Shown here piece after piece: positions 1-10,760 of a stretch of DNA of 64,000 nt. Origin of the DNA: Alphaproteobacteria bacterium (GTDB taxonomy: Bacteria; Pseudomonadota; Alphaproteobacteria; MPNO01; UBA830); NCBI GenBank assembly GCA_964291215.2, contig OZ219790.1:1760001-1824000 (forward strand), read 5' to 3'. The position numbers and the translations under genes are program-made. Within the stretch, counting starts at the first letter, position 1, and every line of letters begins with the position of its first letter. The notes beneath the pieces are model-generated. The model worked only from the letters and a program-made list of their open reading frames with translations. It was not told the origin of the DNA and ran no database searches.

Positions 1-656
1 CCGGCAAGACCACTCTGGTCCGTGCGCTGCTGGGCCTCGTGCAGCCCGATTCGGGAACGGTGACGCGGCGCAATGACCTTGCTGTCGGCTATGTGCCGCA
101 GCGTGTGCATTTCGATCCCACCCTGCCGCTGACCGTCGGACGCCTGATGACGTCGGTTATCCGCTACCCGCGCGACCGGGTGCTCGCGGCGCTTGCCGAA
201 ACGGGGATGGAAAGCCATCTCTCCTCATCTGTGTCGGATCTTTCTGGCGGAGAACTCCAACGTGTGCTCATGGCGCGGGCGTTGTTGTGCAACCCCAACC
301 TTCTCATCCTCGACGAGCCGCTGCAGGGCGTGGATCATTTCGGCGAGACGGAACTGTATGAGCTGATCGCGAAAGTCGCCGCCGACCATGGTTGCGGGAT
401 CCTGATGGTGAGCCACGACCTGCACATGGTCATGGCCGCGACGGACCGTGTGCTCTGCGTCAACGGCCACGTCTGCTGCACCGGCAAGCCGTCAGAGGTT
501 GCCGGACATCCGGAGTTCCAGCGGCTGTTCGGCTCCGCCCTGGCCGGGCGGGACTTCTATCTTCACGCCCACGACCACAGGCACGAACCTTCGGGCAAGG
601 CACGCTCCCTCGTTTCGGTTCCGGTGCGCGACGGGAAGGGTGCTGACCGTGCTTGA
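1..656 (+). CDS. znuC: Zn/Mn ABC transporter ATP-binding subunit (5'-partial)
   Basis: GYVPQ, signature LSGGELQRV, Walker B LLILDEP, VSHDLH, His-rich C-terminus; Walker A remnant (GKTT) at the window edge. Confidence 0.9.
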   Translation, partial: GKTTLVRALLGLVQPDSGTVTRRNDLAVGYVPQRVHFDPTLPLTVGRLMTSVIRYPRDRVLAALAETGMESHLSSSVSDLSGGELQRVLMARALLCNPNLLILDEPLQGVDHFGETELYELIAKVAADHGCGILMVSHDLHMVMAATDRVLCVNGHVCCTGKPSEVAGHPEFQRLFGSALAGRDFYLHAHDHRHEPSGKARSLVSVPVRDGKGADRA

Positions 657-1458
657 CGACTTCTTCGTACGCGGGCTTCTCGCCGCAGCGGGGACCGCGT
701 GCTTTGCCGGGCCGGTCGGCTGCATCATCCTGTGGCGCCGCATGGCGTATTTCGGGGACACCATGGCGCACTCGGCGCTGCTCGGCGTGGCGCTCGGGTT
801 TATCGTCGGGCTGGACCCCGGAATCAGCGTGTTCGTGGTCGCGATCGCCATCGCCCTTTTGCTCCTGCTCCTCCAGCGCGTCACGAGCCTCGCAAGCGAC
901 AGCCTGCTCGGAATCCTGTCACATTCCGCCCTAGCCCTCGGTCTCGTGGTGTTGGTGCTCGCGGACACCAGCCAGCGCCATGACCTGCTCAGCCTCCTCT
1001 TCGGCGATGTACTCGCGGTCACGGGTAAGGATCTCGTCGTGATCTGGGGCGGCGGGGCGGCCTGCCTCGTCGTGCTCGCCTGGATCTGGCGCGGCCTTGT
1101 CGCTTCGATACTGCACGAGGATCTTGCGCGCGCCGAGGGTGTGCCCGTCCTTCGCAACCAGCTCGTCTATGTCGTGCTGATGGCGACGGTGGTCGCCACA
1201 GGCATGAAGGTGATCGGCGTTCTCCTTATCGTGGCGCTGGTGATCATTCCCGCAGCTGCAGCACGGGCGCTTTCGCGCACACCCGAACAGATGGCGCTGA
1301 TCGCCGTCGCCAGCGGGGTCGTGGCCGGGATATCCGGGCTCTGGGGCTCATTGTGGCTTGACACGCCGTCCGGCCCCAGCATCGTGGTCGCGGCAATGGT
1401 ACTTTTCGTGCTCAGTCTCGGACTCCGCTTCCTGGTCCGTCCCGACAGTGGCCGTTGA
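649..1458 (+). CDS. znuB: Zn ABC transporter permease
   Basis: GTG start at 649 overlaps znuC; LDDFFVRGL, WRRMAYFGDTMAHSALLG, DTPSGPSIV motifs. Confidence 0.9.
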   Translation: MLDDFFVRGLLAAAGTACFAGPVGCIILWRRMAYFGDTMAHSALLGVALGFIVGLDPGISVFVVAIAIALLLLLLQRVTSLASDSLLGILSHSALALGLVVLVLADTSQRHDLLSLLFGDVLAVTGKDLVVIWGGGAACLVVLAWIWRGLVASILHEDLARAEGVPVLRNQLVYVVLMATVVATGMKVIGVLLIVALVIIPAAAARALSRTPEQMALIAVASGVVAGISGLWGSLWLDTPSGPSIVVAAMVLFVLSLGLRFLVRPDSGR

Positions 1459-1588
1459 TTGTCGGCGCTGCCATGTTGGGCCTCTCCTGTCCCTGCGGGC
1501 GGCTGACGCCCGCAGATCCCGACTGCTGCGACGCCGCCATGCAGCGCCAACCTGCCATAGCGGGTCGTCTGCGGCAGAACTTGCCTGA

Positions 1589-2088
1589 TCAGCCCATCTG
1601 TTCCTGTATGGCCTGCACGACCACCTGACCGATCAGGTCCATCCCGGCGATTTGTCTGATTCGGGGCGCCAGCCTTGTCAGATCGGCTTTGTCGATCAGC
1701 ACATGCCACAACTCGCAGGCATCGGCGAGGCTGAAGATCATCATGTCTCTGGGATCGGGAATTGTCTCGTCCGAGAGTTCGCGCACTATCCGCCGCCTCA
1801 CGTCGGCCAGCGGTTGTCCGTCCTCGGTTACACTGTATCCGGCGCCCATCACGCATAGCCGGTCGTACTGTCGGCGGAACAGTATGTCGCGGGAAATCAG
1901 CCGCTCTACCAGCGACCCTTCGAGGGCCGGATGGTCGTCGGAGAGTTCGCGAATCCAATACTCGATCGTCCGTTCCATGCCTTCGGAGACGATCCTTTCC
2001 AGCGCGCGATCGAGCGACGGTTCACCAAGAGGAGATGGATCGATGACAAACAGCCGCTCCAGGTCAGTGTCTATGCGGTTGTTGATGG
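1589..2088 (-). pseudogene. GPP34 (Golgi phosphoprotein 3-like) family protein, N-terminally truncated
   Basis: NRIDTDLERLFVIDPSPLGEPSLD...IPDPRDMMIFSLADAC...MDLIGQ resembles bacterial GPP34 proteins; the upstream part of ORF 1589-2533 is read-through from IS DNA; 5' boundary approximate. Confidence 0.65.
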
Positions 2089-2488
2089 CCTTGGTGCTTG
2101 TCCGGGCGCGCGCCGGCCCGCGCGGAGCGGATGCGATCCCTTGTCGGTGCCGTGCCTTGCCGCGACACAGGCTGACCTTCAGGCCGCCCGCCAGAAGCGC
2201 CGATCGAGCACGCCGGACCTTGGTAAAGAGAACGCGCAGACCTTTCAACAAGCATCTTTTCTCGTCCCCTTCCCTGGCCCATTGCCGGGAACCGGAGGTG
2301 CGGGTTCCGGTGGGCAAGAACCGTTCCGGTCTTCGGCCGGTCTTGCTTTCCGGCCGGTGGCGCCGGGTCTGCAATGCGGTACCGAGCCCGCGCCAGCGCG
2401 CGGGTTTCATCGTGCCGGCTGAGGAGTCCGGCGGTGCAGGTGCAGATTTTTTGACCTGGTACTGTAACTTGATGTCTGGAAATTTGTC

Positions 2489-3712
2489 CCCCCGTTCCAT
2501 AGTGAAGTGCAACACATGATGGGCTGTGGCCATGTGTTTTTAGACGCATGATGTTGCGGAGCTGTCCAGCAGCGGCGAAAGTTCCTGTACAAGATGGAGG
2601 GAGCTTGTTCATGTCCAAAGGCTACCGTCACCTACGAAGAGCGATGTCAGATTGAGGCAGAAAAGCGGTCTTTCACAAGGTGCGATTGCTCGGCAGCTGG
2701 GCCGATCAACAATTTTCCGGGAGATCAAGCGCAACACCGGGGGACGGGGTTACCGTCACAAGCAGGCGCAAAGGATGGCAGAAACGCGCCGCAGGACAGC
2801 CTCGTCTGTTTCCTGGCGGTTGACGCCTCGGGCTGAAGCTCAGAAAAAGCTGCGGGAGGGCCCCGAGCAGCGGCCGTTTTCGACTGGAGGGCCGTGGGTC
2901 GGCAACGGATCTATGATCGCCGAAGATCGGAGAGCCGGGAGCGTCTTGTGGAAGAAGCTTCGGCGGCGCGGCAAGAAGCCGAACTGGAAGGGCGGATGCC
3001 ATTCCGGCCGGGTCCTGGCCGAGTGGACATTTCCGAGCGCCCTGCGGAGGCAAAGGAACGGATCGGCGACTGGGAGCCATCATCGGCAAAGCTCACAGTG
3101 GAGCTGTCGCTGGTTGATCGTACCACGAAATACACCTTGCTGGGTGGACAGAAAGACCGCAGATACGGTTGGTTCGGTCATGATCCGCCTGCTCGGCTCT
3201 GGTGCGCTATTGGTCCACACAATCACGTCAGACAACGGAGTTCGCAGACCACAGGCGTGTCGCACTTGACGCAGATTTCTTCTTCGCCTTTCCATTCTTG
3301 GGAGCGCGGCTTAAGTGAGCACACCAACGGCCTGGTGCGGGAGTACTTCCCGAAGGGCACGGACTTTCGCGCGACATGCAACGAAGATGTTCAGAAGGTG
3401 CAGGATCGGCTCAACACTCGGAAAGTCCTGGGATCGCCGACGGAGGTAATCTTGAAGTGAAACCGCCCTGACCATCTGCGTTCCAAAGCCGCAACGTGCA
3501 GCAGGGTCCATGCCGCGCGACGGCGGAATAGTGGCTTGAAGCCGACAAAGGCGTTGCATAAGCTCGATGTTGAAGGAACTGAAGCTGTTCCCAGGCGGAA
3601 TCGAGAGGGGCAGAGGGGAAAAATTTGCGCAACACCCGGCCCTCATCTCCGTTCGGGCTACGCCCTCACTGCGATGAGGGCCGGGTGTTGCACTTCAGAC
3701 TGGAAGTGGGGG
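2489..3712 (+). mobile_element. IS30-family element, decayed transposase
   Basis: IRs CCCCCGTTCCA..TGAAGTGCAACAC / GTGTTGCACTTCAGACTGGAAGTGGGGG; 2-bp TC duplication; fragments IARQLGRSTIFREIKRN, RIGDWE, HTITSDNG, SWERGLSEHTNGLVREYFPKG in shifting frames. Confidence 0.85.
3629..3691. repeat. 19-bp perfect inverted repeat (hairpin) at the IS30 right end
   Basis: GCAACACCCGGCCCTCATC ... GATGAGGGCCGGGTGTTGC. Confidence 0.75.
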
Positions 3713-4163
3713 TCTGAGGTTTGCGCTTTGAGGCGTTTCACTGGGGGGCTAGCCCCCCAGTGAAACGCGGCGCCATCGTGCTATCCCATGGAGTTGTAAA
3801 ACATTCATGGAGGAAGCAAATGGACCTGCGACACACTACGACGATTGAGGCCGTTTTGGAACATCTGATCGCAAACGGAGCAACGGATCTGGGGCGGATC
3901 TTTGGTCAGCTCTTCCGGTTACAGGGGTCTGAGGGTCCGCTTCCAGTCCTTGCGGAGCGGGCCAGATGTCCTTCTTCGGCTTCTGTCATGTCGGTCGTAG
4001 CGGCCGCTGGTTGTTCCGACGCGGCCGGCAGACGCCGCGGCGCGGGACCAGGGTCTTGCAGGGCGTGGTGTTGCAGCGCGCGGTCCATGCGGCGGTCGAG
4101 AAGCAGCGGCTCGCTGTTTCGGTCATGGACCGCGCAGCGCATCTGCGCGCCGACCAGGCGCGT

Positions 4164-5902
4164 GTATCCGAGGTAGTATCAGAGGGCGGAGCTCGTCGAG
4201 GGTCTTCAGGGCGGCGGCTCGGTATCCGACGTGATCAGCTTCGGGGCCGGCGGGGTCCGGGCTGGCGATGGGTCCGCTCCGTGATCGTCGCAGCAGCCGC
4301 ATCTGCGCGGCCATGAAGTCGCGCCCTCGACCTCGCCGTTCTCCGCGCAGGCGCCAGCGCAGAACGTCGAGGCCGCTCCTCGCGACCGTGCCGTGTACAT
4401 TACCGCCGACAGCCGTCCATGCTGTCGAAACCGAAGCCGGGCTTCCGCCCGTTGACCGGGCCCCTGACAGCCCTTTCCCCGAAATTGTTGTCCATGGTCG
4501 ACGAACACGCGATGGTTGAGCGCAGCGGCTTGCCTTCCGGCGCCGCTTTCGGAAGCCTCGGCGCTTCCGCAAACAGCGCGGCGACCGCAGTCTCCGGCGC
4601 CGCCTCGAACGCCGCCGGAAGCAAGGCAGTCGAGCCGTGTTCAGGCGGCAGATCTCCGCGATCGACCCGTCCGTCCGCCCACCCCTCCAGCTGCGGCCGG
4701 CGCAGTCCGGAAAGTCGCGCCAACAATGCGCCCGACAACAGCACAGGATGATGAAGGGCCACAGGCGCGCCAGCTTCTTGCAGGCGCCGTAGCGGTCGCA
4801 GACCGGATACATGGGGCGTCCGCGAACAGCTTCGCCGCGACCTCGGCGCTGCGCGAGGGAGAGAACCGCGTCACGGCTGACCGATGTCCGGAGCCAGGCG
4901 CGACTTCCGGACCTCCCTCAGGGCCCGGATGCATCGGCATGGCGCAGACCCCGGTGCGCGAGGATCGCGTCCCGAAGCGGCTCGAACAGGGGCAGCATCT
5001 GGCTCGCTGGCCAGCGTTCCCGGCGAAAGCCCCTGGACGCGGCGCGCATGCACGCGCTCGTGCAGCACATGCGTCCACACCCGAATGCGGTGCCGGGAAA
5101 CAGCCGCCGCCTCGCTCGGTGAACCGGGGCAGTCACAGCCCCGGCGGACAATCCGCCGCTTTTGATCACGATGATCCTGGTGCGAACCGTTGGCAACGCA
5201 GCACGAGCAGGCGTCCTCTGCCACCTCCAGCCGCTCCTCCACCTCCTCGAGCGCCGGCCAGGAGTGCCGCACTGCTGGCCGCGCTTCGATGACGCCCGCT
5301 GCCTCTTCTCGCTCTTGCGCCCGTACGACCTGTTCGAACGAAGCTTGTCGTTCTCCGCCCCGACCCTTCAGAACCTTCATCGCGGTCTTCAGGCCGGCAT
5401 TCTCCATGCGCAACGACACCACCGTCGACCGCTTCCGCGCGCCAGCCTCGGCAAGAAGTTGGCCCAGACGCGCAACCTCCTGCTCCAGCGCCAGAGACTT
5501 CTTCGCCATCCGCCGAACTTCCCTGATCTCCGCACGGGCAGCTGCCAGCTTCTCACGATTGCTCTCGAAAATCGCCTTCAGGGAATTCGTGCGGCAGCGC
5601 TCCTCTACCTCCTGCAAGCGCAACTCCTCACAGCGACCCTCCGCAGCCGCCGTGCGGGCTTCCGCCGCCTCGGCTCGAATACGCTCGCGATCGTACCGGG
5701 ACTTCCAGGTGGCCGAATCACGACACGACGACTGCGGCACGTCGCCAGCGGCGTCCGCACCCGATGATGACACGAAATCCTCGATGCACATGACCATGCA
5801 CGACCTGATAGCACCGCCGAATTCCGATTACCAGCACCCTTCTTGCAACCGCCCAAATAAACCTCAGCGCAGATCGTCATCACCGCATGAACGAACGCTT
5901 AC
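4164..5902 (-). mobile_element. IS66-family element with decayed transposase (long coiled-coil N-terminus)
   Basis: GTAAGCGTTCG end at 5902 (minus); fragments CDRYGACKKL, CCRAHCWRDF, MDNNFGERAVRGPVNGRK; left boundary tentative. Confidence 0.65.
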
Positions 5903-5977
5903 CTTCGGGTTAGCGTGAAATTGCCCTGATGCAGGACCCCGATCCGCCGCCGGCCGGGGACGGCAGCGCGACGCTGC

Positions 5978-6850
5978 TTACGGCGCCGGCCGGCGGCAGG
6001 TCCTCGTGGACAGGACCTGCCAGAGGCCGCGCGCGAAACAGGCCGCATACCGAGTCTTCGTCAGAACGACGCGTTCTGCCAATGGATCCCGGCGACGCAG
6101 CTCCACGCCAAGCTTCCTCGCGATCGCAACAATCGTCGCGGCTTCGACCGCAAAGCGGATGTTCCTGAGCCGGCCCGGCAACCCGTCTGCCGCGTCCAGC
6201 AGGCGATCGGTCGCGTCAAGACAGCGATCAAGGACCCGCCGCAGGGCAGCCGTGGAACAGTTCCCGCCAAGCGCGTCGATATCGGCGCCGGCTTCGGATA
6301 TCCAGTCCCCGGGCAGGTAGACCCTGTCCAGGCTCCGATAGTCGTCCCCGCAGTCCTGCAGGTGGTTGATCACCTGAAGAGCATTGCAGAGCGCGTCGGA
6401 GGCCGAATATGCCGACCTGCACTCGCCATGCAGATCAATCAGATAGCGGCCAACCGGCGCCGCCGAAAGGTTGCAGTAGCCCATTAGGTCGGTCCAGTCG
6501 TCGTAGCGCAGCTTGATCGCGTCCTGCCTGAACGCGTGCGTCAGATCGACGCAGTGCTGGTGCGTTACCTGCGTCGCGGACAGGCTGCGGCGGATGTCAT
6601 GCGCCTTCCGAAAAGCCGGATCGTCGGTCAGACAGCCGCTGACGGCCGCGGCGAAACCCTCGAGCCTTTCGACCTTGTCGCCCGGCTCGAGGTCCGGATT
6701 GTCCGCGATGTCGTCGATTGCCCGCGCATAGGCATAGAACGCCTTGATGTGCGGCCGCAGACGGCCGGGAAGCAGCCACGATCCGACGGGAAAGTTCTCG
6801 TCCTTCGCGCCCTTGCCGGACGGCGTCCCGATTGCAACGGTGCCGTTCAT
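5978..6850 (-). CDS. hpnC: squalene/presqualene diphosphate synthase HpnC
   Basis: ENFPVGS, YAYARAIDDIAD, AFRQD, YCNLSAAPVGR, LQVINHLQD, DRVYLP. Confidence 0.85.
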   Translation of the reverse strand: MNGTVAIGTPSGKGAKDENFPVGSWLLPGRLRPHIKAFYAYARAIDDIADNPDLEPGDKVERLEGFAAAVSGCLTDDPAFRKAHDIRRSLSATQVTHQHCVDLTHAFRQDAIKLRYDDWTDLMGYCNLSAAPVGRYLIDLHGECRSAYSASDALCNALQVINHLQDCGDDYRSLDRVYLPGDWISEAGADIDALGGNCSTAALRRVLDRCLDATDRLLDAADGLPGRLRNIRFAVEAATIVAIARKLGVELRRRDPLAERVVLTKTRYAACFARGLWQVLSTRTCRRPAP

Positions 6851-6990
6851 CGCCAACTGCCGAAACTCCACCGAGCGGTGCGACCCACCGCCCGCAGTCT
6901 AGCGTGGCATCGGCGCCGATGACAGTCTCCGACGCCGCACGGATGATGGGCGCTGCTGGCAAAGCAGGAGAGTCTCACGCTAAATTCTGT

Positions 6991-8507
6991 GTATCTACTC
7001 ACCCCTTGTTGGGTTCTGATTGGTCGTAGTTCTCGTTGATGATGTCTGCGGCTTTTCCGTCGAGGGCGATCTGGGTGGCGACGTGATGATTGTAGCCGAG
7101 TGCGGCCATAGAGGTGAGGTAGCTTGAGCCCCGGCACCATGCTTTTGCGTGGAGCGGAAGCATCCGGACACCTTGACCTTTGCCATCCTGATCTTCTGTT
7201 CTCCGGCATTGTTGGTGAAGCTGACGTCAGGGTCGTCTGTGAAGCGCAGGTTTTCGTGTTTCACGAGACGTTCGTGCAGGTTGTGCGCGTTTGCGATGCG
7301 TTTTCCTTTCGTCGGGATGTCGGGCAGTTCCTTGGCGCCCTGATGGTGCGGTAGCGCCCGGCTTCGTTCAGGGTCCTGGATGCGCTCTTGTTGATCTTGT
7401 GGCAAACCTCGCGGAGCAGGCTCTTCATCAGTCGCGCAGCAGCCTCGACGACGAAGGTCAGTTCGCGCAGCAGGTGGCTGCCGCTGGTGGCTACACTGCC
7501 ATGTACGAGGCCCAGGACGCCCTTTTAGCACGGGCCGATCTCTTGCCCGCGCTTGCGGTGCGAAAACTTGCACGTCAGGGTCCCACGACATGGAGCAACT
7601 TGCTGTTGATCCGAAATCATCGACATCGGGCGTTGCAGGAGGTGCGCCACGGCGGCCTCCTCCCATGACGCATCGTGAAAGCATGGCCGAGGCCTCGGAG
7701 AGCTTGATGCCGGAGATCGCCTGCACGAGCGCGACGGCGCAAGGACAGCATTTGGGCGACCAGCAGGTTGATGACGAGGTCCTGAATGCCGTACTGCACG
7801 GGATGTTGTCGGGGAACCGGCCCTTGCACTTCGGGCATTCCTCGGCGTCGACGCGGCGCGACCTCGAACACGATGTCGTGCGGCGCTCGACGGGGCCGTC
7901 GGCGCCGCAGGCCGCGACCGTCTCCTCGACGATGGTCTTGCGCAGGTTGTCGCCCATCTGCCGGTTCGGCTTCGGGCCGTTGCTCCCGGCACGCTCTTGT
8001 CCGTCTGTGACGGCGGCAGACCGGAGTTTCGGCTCGGGCGTGGTCTTCTCCAGAAGGACGACGATGAGGATGTCGAGCAGGATGCGAAGACGCGGATCGC
8101 GGCCTCTTCCGCCACCTTGCCGGCAGCGCCGCGATCCGGGTCTTGGCCGCTTCGGACTCCTCGCGCGCCGCCCGTCGCCATCACCCGGCCTCGACGGTCA
8201 TGATCGTTGCGAGCATCGCCTGGCGCTCACCCGGCGACATCTTCCGGTACTCCGCCGCCCGGCCTTGCGCTTCATCAGCGCGCCGCCTCCCGGATGCGTT
8301 TCCACATACAGATCATGCGGAGGCTGGAGCCCAGGAAGCAGCTGGCACAGCCCGCTCGTCGCCTTCGATCCAAAGTAGCCCACTGGCGGTCCCCGTCGTT
8401 CTCGATGACCACCACTAAACGAATCGGCCTGCAGTGTCAAATCTCCACGAAAACCCGTTCGTTGCTCTACCCCGACATCAAGCCGGAACCAGGGGGTGAG
8501 CAGTTAC
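6991..8507 (-). mobile_element. IS66-family element, copy 1 (decayed)
   Basis: Ends GTAACTGCTCACCCC / GTATCTACTCACCCC; perfect 8-bp TSD AATTCTGT (6983-6990, 8508-8515); FTNNAGEQKIRMAKVKVSGCFRS. Confidence 0.9.
8198..8383 (-). pseudogene. internally deleted Dam/D12-class DNA adenine methyltransferase inside IS66 copy 1
   Basis: GYFGSK...PPHDLYVETHPGGGALMKRK matches the D12 N-terminal YxGxK and ExFxGGG-type SAM-binding motifs; same remnant at ~27450-27574 and ~37874-38040. Confidence 0.55.
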
Positions 8508-8530
8508 AATTCTGTTTGATTTTTCGTAAC

Positions 8531-9737
8531 TAGTAGTCTGGCATTATTGGATTGATAGATATAGTGATTTCAGTTTCGTCCGGGCATCCTTCGTCGTGAA
8601 ACGCCAGTCGACAGTGACATCGGCCGCATTGCGCCGTTCCACCCATGCTGCCGTCTCCCGCAGCATGGTGTCGCGGTCGGGAATGCGTCGCCGAAGGCAC
8701 TGCCGCGACAGTGCACCGATCTCGGCCATGTTGAGCCAGCTCCCGTGCTTCGGCGTGTAGCGAAACTCGAACCGCTTTCGCACCCGCCTCCTCGGGCTCG
8801 AAGGCTTCATACAGCGACTGTGCGTGTTCAGGTTGTCCAGCACGATCTTCCTGTCGGGGGAATGGTCGTCGGCAAGCTCCCGGATGAAGTGCGCCCGGTC
8901 CCGCGGCGGTCGGTGACTTTCACCGTGCGCCAGTTCTCGTTGGGCGCAAAGGCCATGAAGAGGTTGGCCGTACCGTTGCGCTCATATTCATAGTCGACCA
9001 CCTCCGGCTGACCGGGGGACGGGGGGGGGGGGGCCTTCGTCCGCTGCCGGCTGGTCTCCAGCACCTCGTCCCCGGCAAAGTCCCGCTGACAAATGTCAAG
9101 CACGTCCGTCGCCACGAACTGTGCGCTCCGGTGCGGTGGAATGCAACAGTACTGCTTCAGCCACCGCTTGATCTCTTTTTTTAGCGTCTACTTGACCGTC
9201 TCTTCCGAAATGCGCTCGACGATCTCCACCAGACGGCCGGCGAGCAGCGTCCACAGCCCTCGGGCGTGGACGAGCAGGGCGACCAGTTTCGCCTCCATCG
9301 CCCCGTCCAGCCGTTTCGGCCGACGGTTCACCTGCTCCTTGCGGCTGAGGGCGGCGTCCCTCCAGAACGCAGCGCTTGCGCAAGCGCTCGACCGTCGCCG
9401 TGCCCAGCGCAATGTCGGCATCGACAAGCGCCCCTCAGCATCAGGACCTGTGCCAGGTGGCCCCGGTGCCCGATCGCCTTCAGATCCCGGCGCTCCTGCG
9501 CCGAAAGGATCACCCGGTAGAGCTTCCTGCCCTGAGAGTTGGCCATATGCGCTGCTCCTGTCATTGCGCCGAAGACCTGCGGGTATGCCCGTTGTCCGGA
9601 CCTGCGCATGGGGCCGCTGCTGCCTGCCTGTTCGGCATCTTGCCCATGTGGATATCGGCACTGTCCGGATTCCAACGAACGCCGACACGGAAATACTACT
9701 CACCGAAAACCATCAATACAATGTCGGTGGACTACTA
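8531..9737 (-). mobile_element. IS630-family element, decayed
   Basis: Ends TAGTAGTC / GACTACTA; DYEYERNGTANLF, LDNLNTH, YTPKHGSWLNMAEI, VDWRFTTKDARTKLKSLY. Confidence 0.85.
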
Positions 9738-10178
9738 GGCTCTCGCCAGCCTCTCGGCGATCAGGATGTCACCGATGTCCCGGCCGGCGATCCTGATCGT
9801 CACCAAGGTCCGCGTCCCGGTGTTGTCCGGCTTGCCATACTCGACGGTCCAGTCGTTCGAGTTCAGTAACTCGATCACCCGGTCGCTGGCTCGCTGCGCC
9901 AGCGGGATTTCGGCGTCACCTCCACAGATGTGAGTTTGCGGTTCCGGTATGTTATAGTACTCCATCCGAAACCTCTCCCCGTCGATCCAGATCGTGTCGC
10001 CATCGACAAGGCAATATTCGTCAGCGGCACGCGTCTGTCCCGGAATACACTTGGCAATCTGCGGGCGAGGTTGAGCTGCGGCGGGTTCGAGCGGAGCGCC
10101 AGCGGCGGCACAAAGCGTCAGGGGGAGGACAGCCATCTGTTGGCGAAGGTTGGAGAATAGAGAAACACGAATTTGCAT
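9735..10178 (-). CDS. thermonuclease (SNase)-family protein, C-terminus probably clipped by IS630
   Basis: CLVDGDTIWIDGERFR..NIPE, RDIGDILIAERLAR; signal-peptide-like N-terminus; the stop codon lies at the IS630 end. Confidence 0.7.
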   Translation of the reverse strand: MQIRVSLFSNLRQQMAVLPLTLCAAAGAPLEPAAAQPRPQIAKCIPGQTRAADEYCLVDGDTIWIDGERFRMEYYNIPEPQTHICGGDAEIPLAQRASDRVIELLNSNDWTVEYGKPDNTGTRTLVTIRIAGRDIGDILIAERLARA

Positions 10179-10246
10179 GGTCAGATCTAATCTGCTGCAA
10201 TCTGGGTGGTTGGGCGGAATACTACGTTTGCAAGCCGTTTCGGCTT

Positions 10247-10756
10247 TCATCCGCCACCCTCGCCGAGCGAAGCTGCGATGTCGCTGATCGATCGGAGCAG
10301 GACCAGGGGCTCATCCCTGGACGGCTCGAAGCCACGCCGCTTCCAGAATTCGGCGGCCTCGCCGTCGACGGCGTTGACCATCAAAGCCCGCCCACCGATC
10401 AGCGAGGCAGCCTGCACACAGCGCTGGAGAGCATGCTTCACAAGGCCGGTGCCGATGCCCAACCCTGCCCATCCAGTGTCAGTCGCGAGTTGGCCGAGCA
10501 GCATGCAGGGGACCGGGTTGGGCGGCTGGCCTGTCCGAATCGCCCGCGGCAGGACCGATGGCACAACGGCCGTAGGCGCGAGGCCATAGTATCCGACTAC
10601 GCGCCCGGCCTCATGCACCACGAGAACAGCGGTGAACCCCTTCTGCTGATTGGAGAGGGCGCGGGTTTTAAGCCAGTGGTCAAGCGTGGGTTTGCCACAG
10701 GTGAACTCGGATACATCGTGAGCGGCGGTAAGCGGTTCGGGGCCGGTCAGTTGCAA
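10247..10756 (-). CDS. GNAT-family type II toxin (TacT/AtaT-like)
   Basis: FTCGKPTLDHWL, VVGYY, PVPCMLLGQLATD, GLGIGTGL; adjacent DUF1778 gene. Confidence 0.88.
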   Translation of the reverse strand: MQLTGPEPLTAAHDVSEFTCGKPTLDHWLKTRALSNQQKGFTAVLVVHEAGRVVGYYGLAPTAVVPSVLPRAIRTGQPPNPVPCMLLGQLATDTGWAGLGIGTGLVKHALQRCVQAASLIGGRALMVNAVDGEAAEFWKRRGFEPSRDEPLVLLRSISDIAASLGEGGG

Positions 10757-10760
10757 TGGC

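Larger units (their letters stand above)
2458..3915 (+). mobile_element. IS256-family left end and transposase N-terminus, interrupted by IS30 and truncated
   Basis: End GGTACTGTAACTTGATGTCTGGAAATTTGTC at 2458 continues as TGAGGTTTGCGC at 3715, as in the contiguous copy at 15022; MDLRHTTTIEAVLEHLIANG (3820) resembles an IS256 transposase start. Confidence 0.6.

Noticed and set aside
3916-4163. Fragment between the IS256 and IS66 remnants
   Set aside because: Probably another IS scrap, but too degraded to assign
9022-9033. Poly-G tract as a phase-variation switch
   Set aside because: Lies in a multiply broken IS630 transposase; slippage or sequencing noise is more likely
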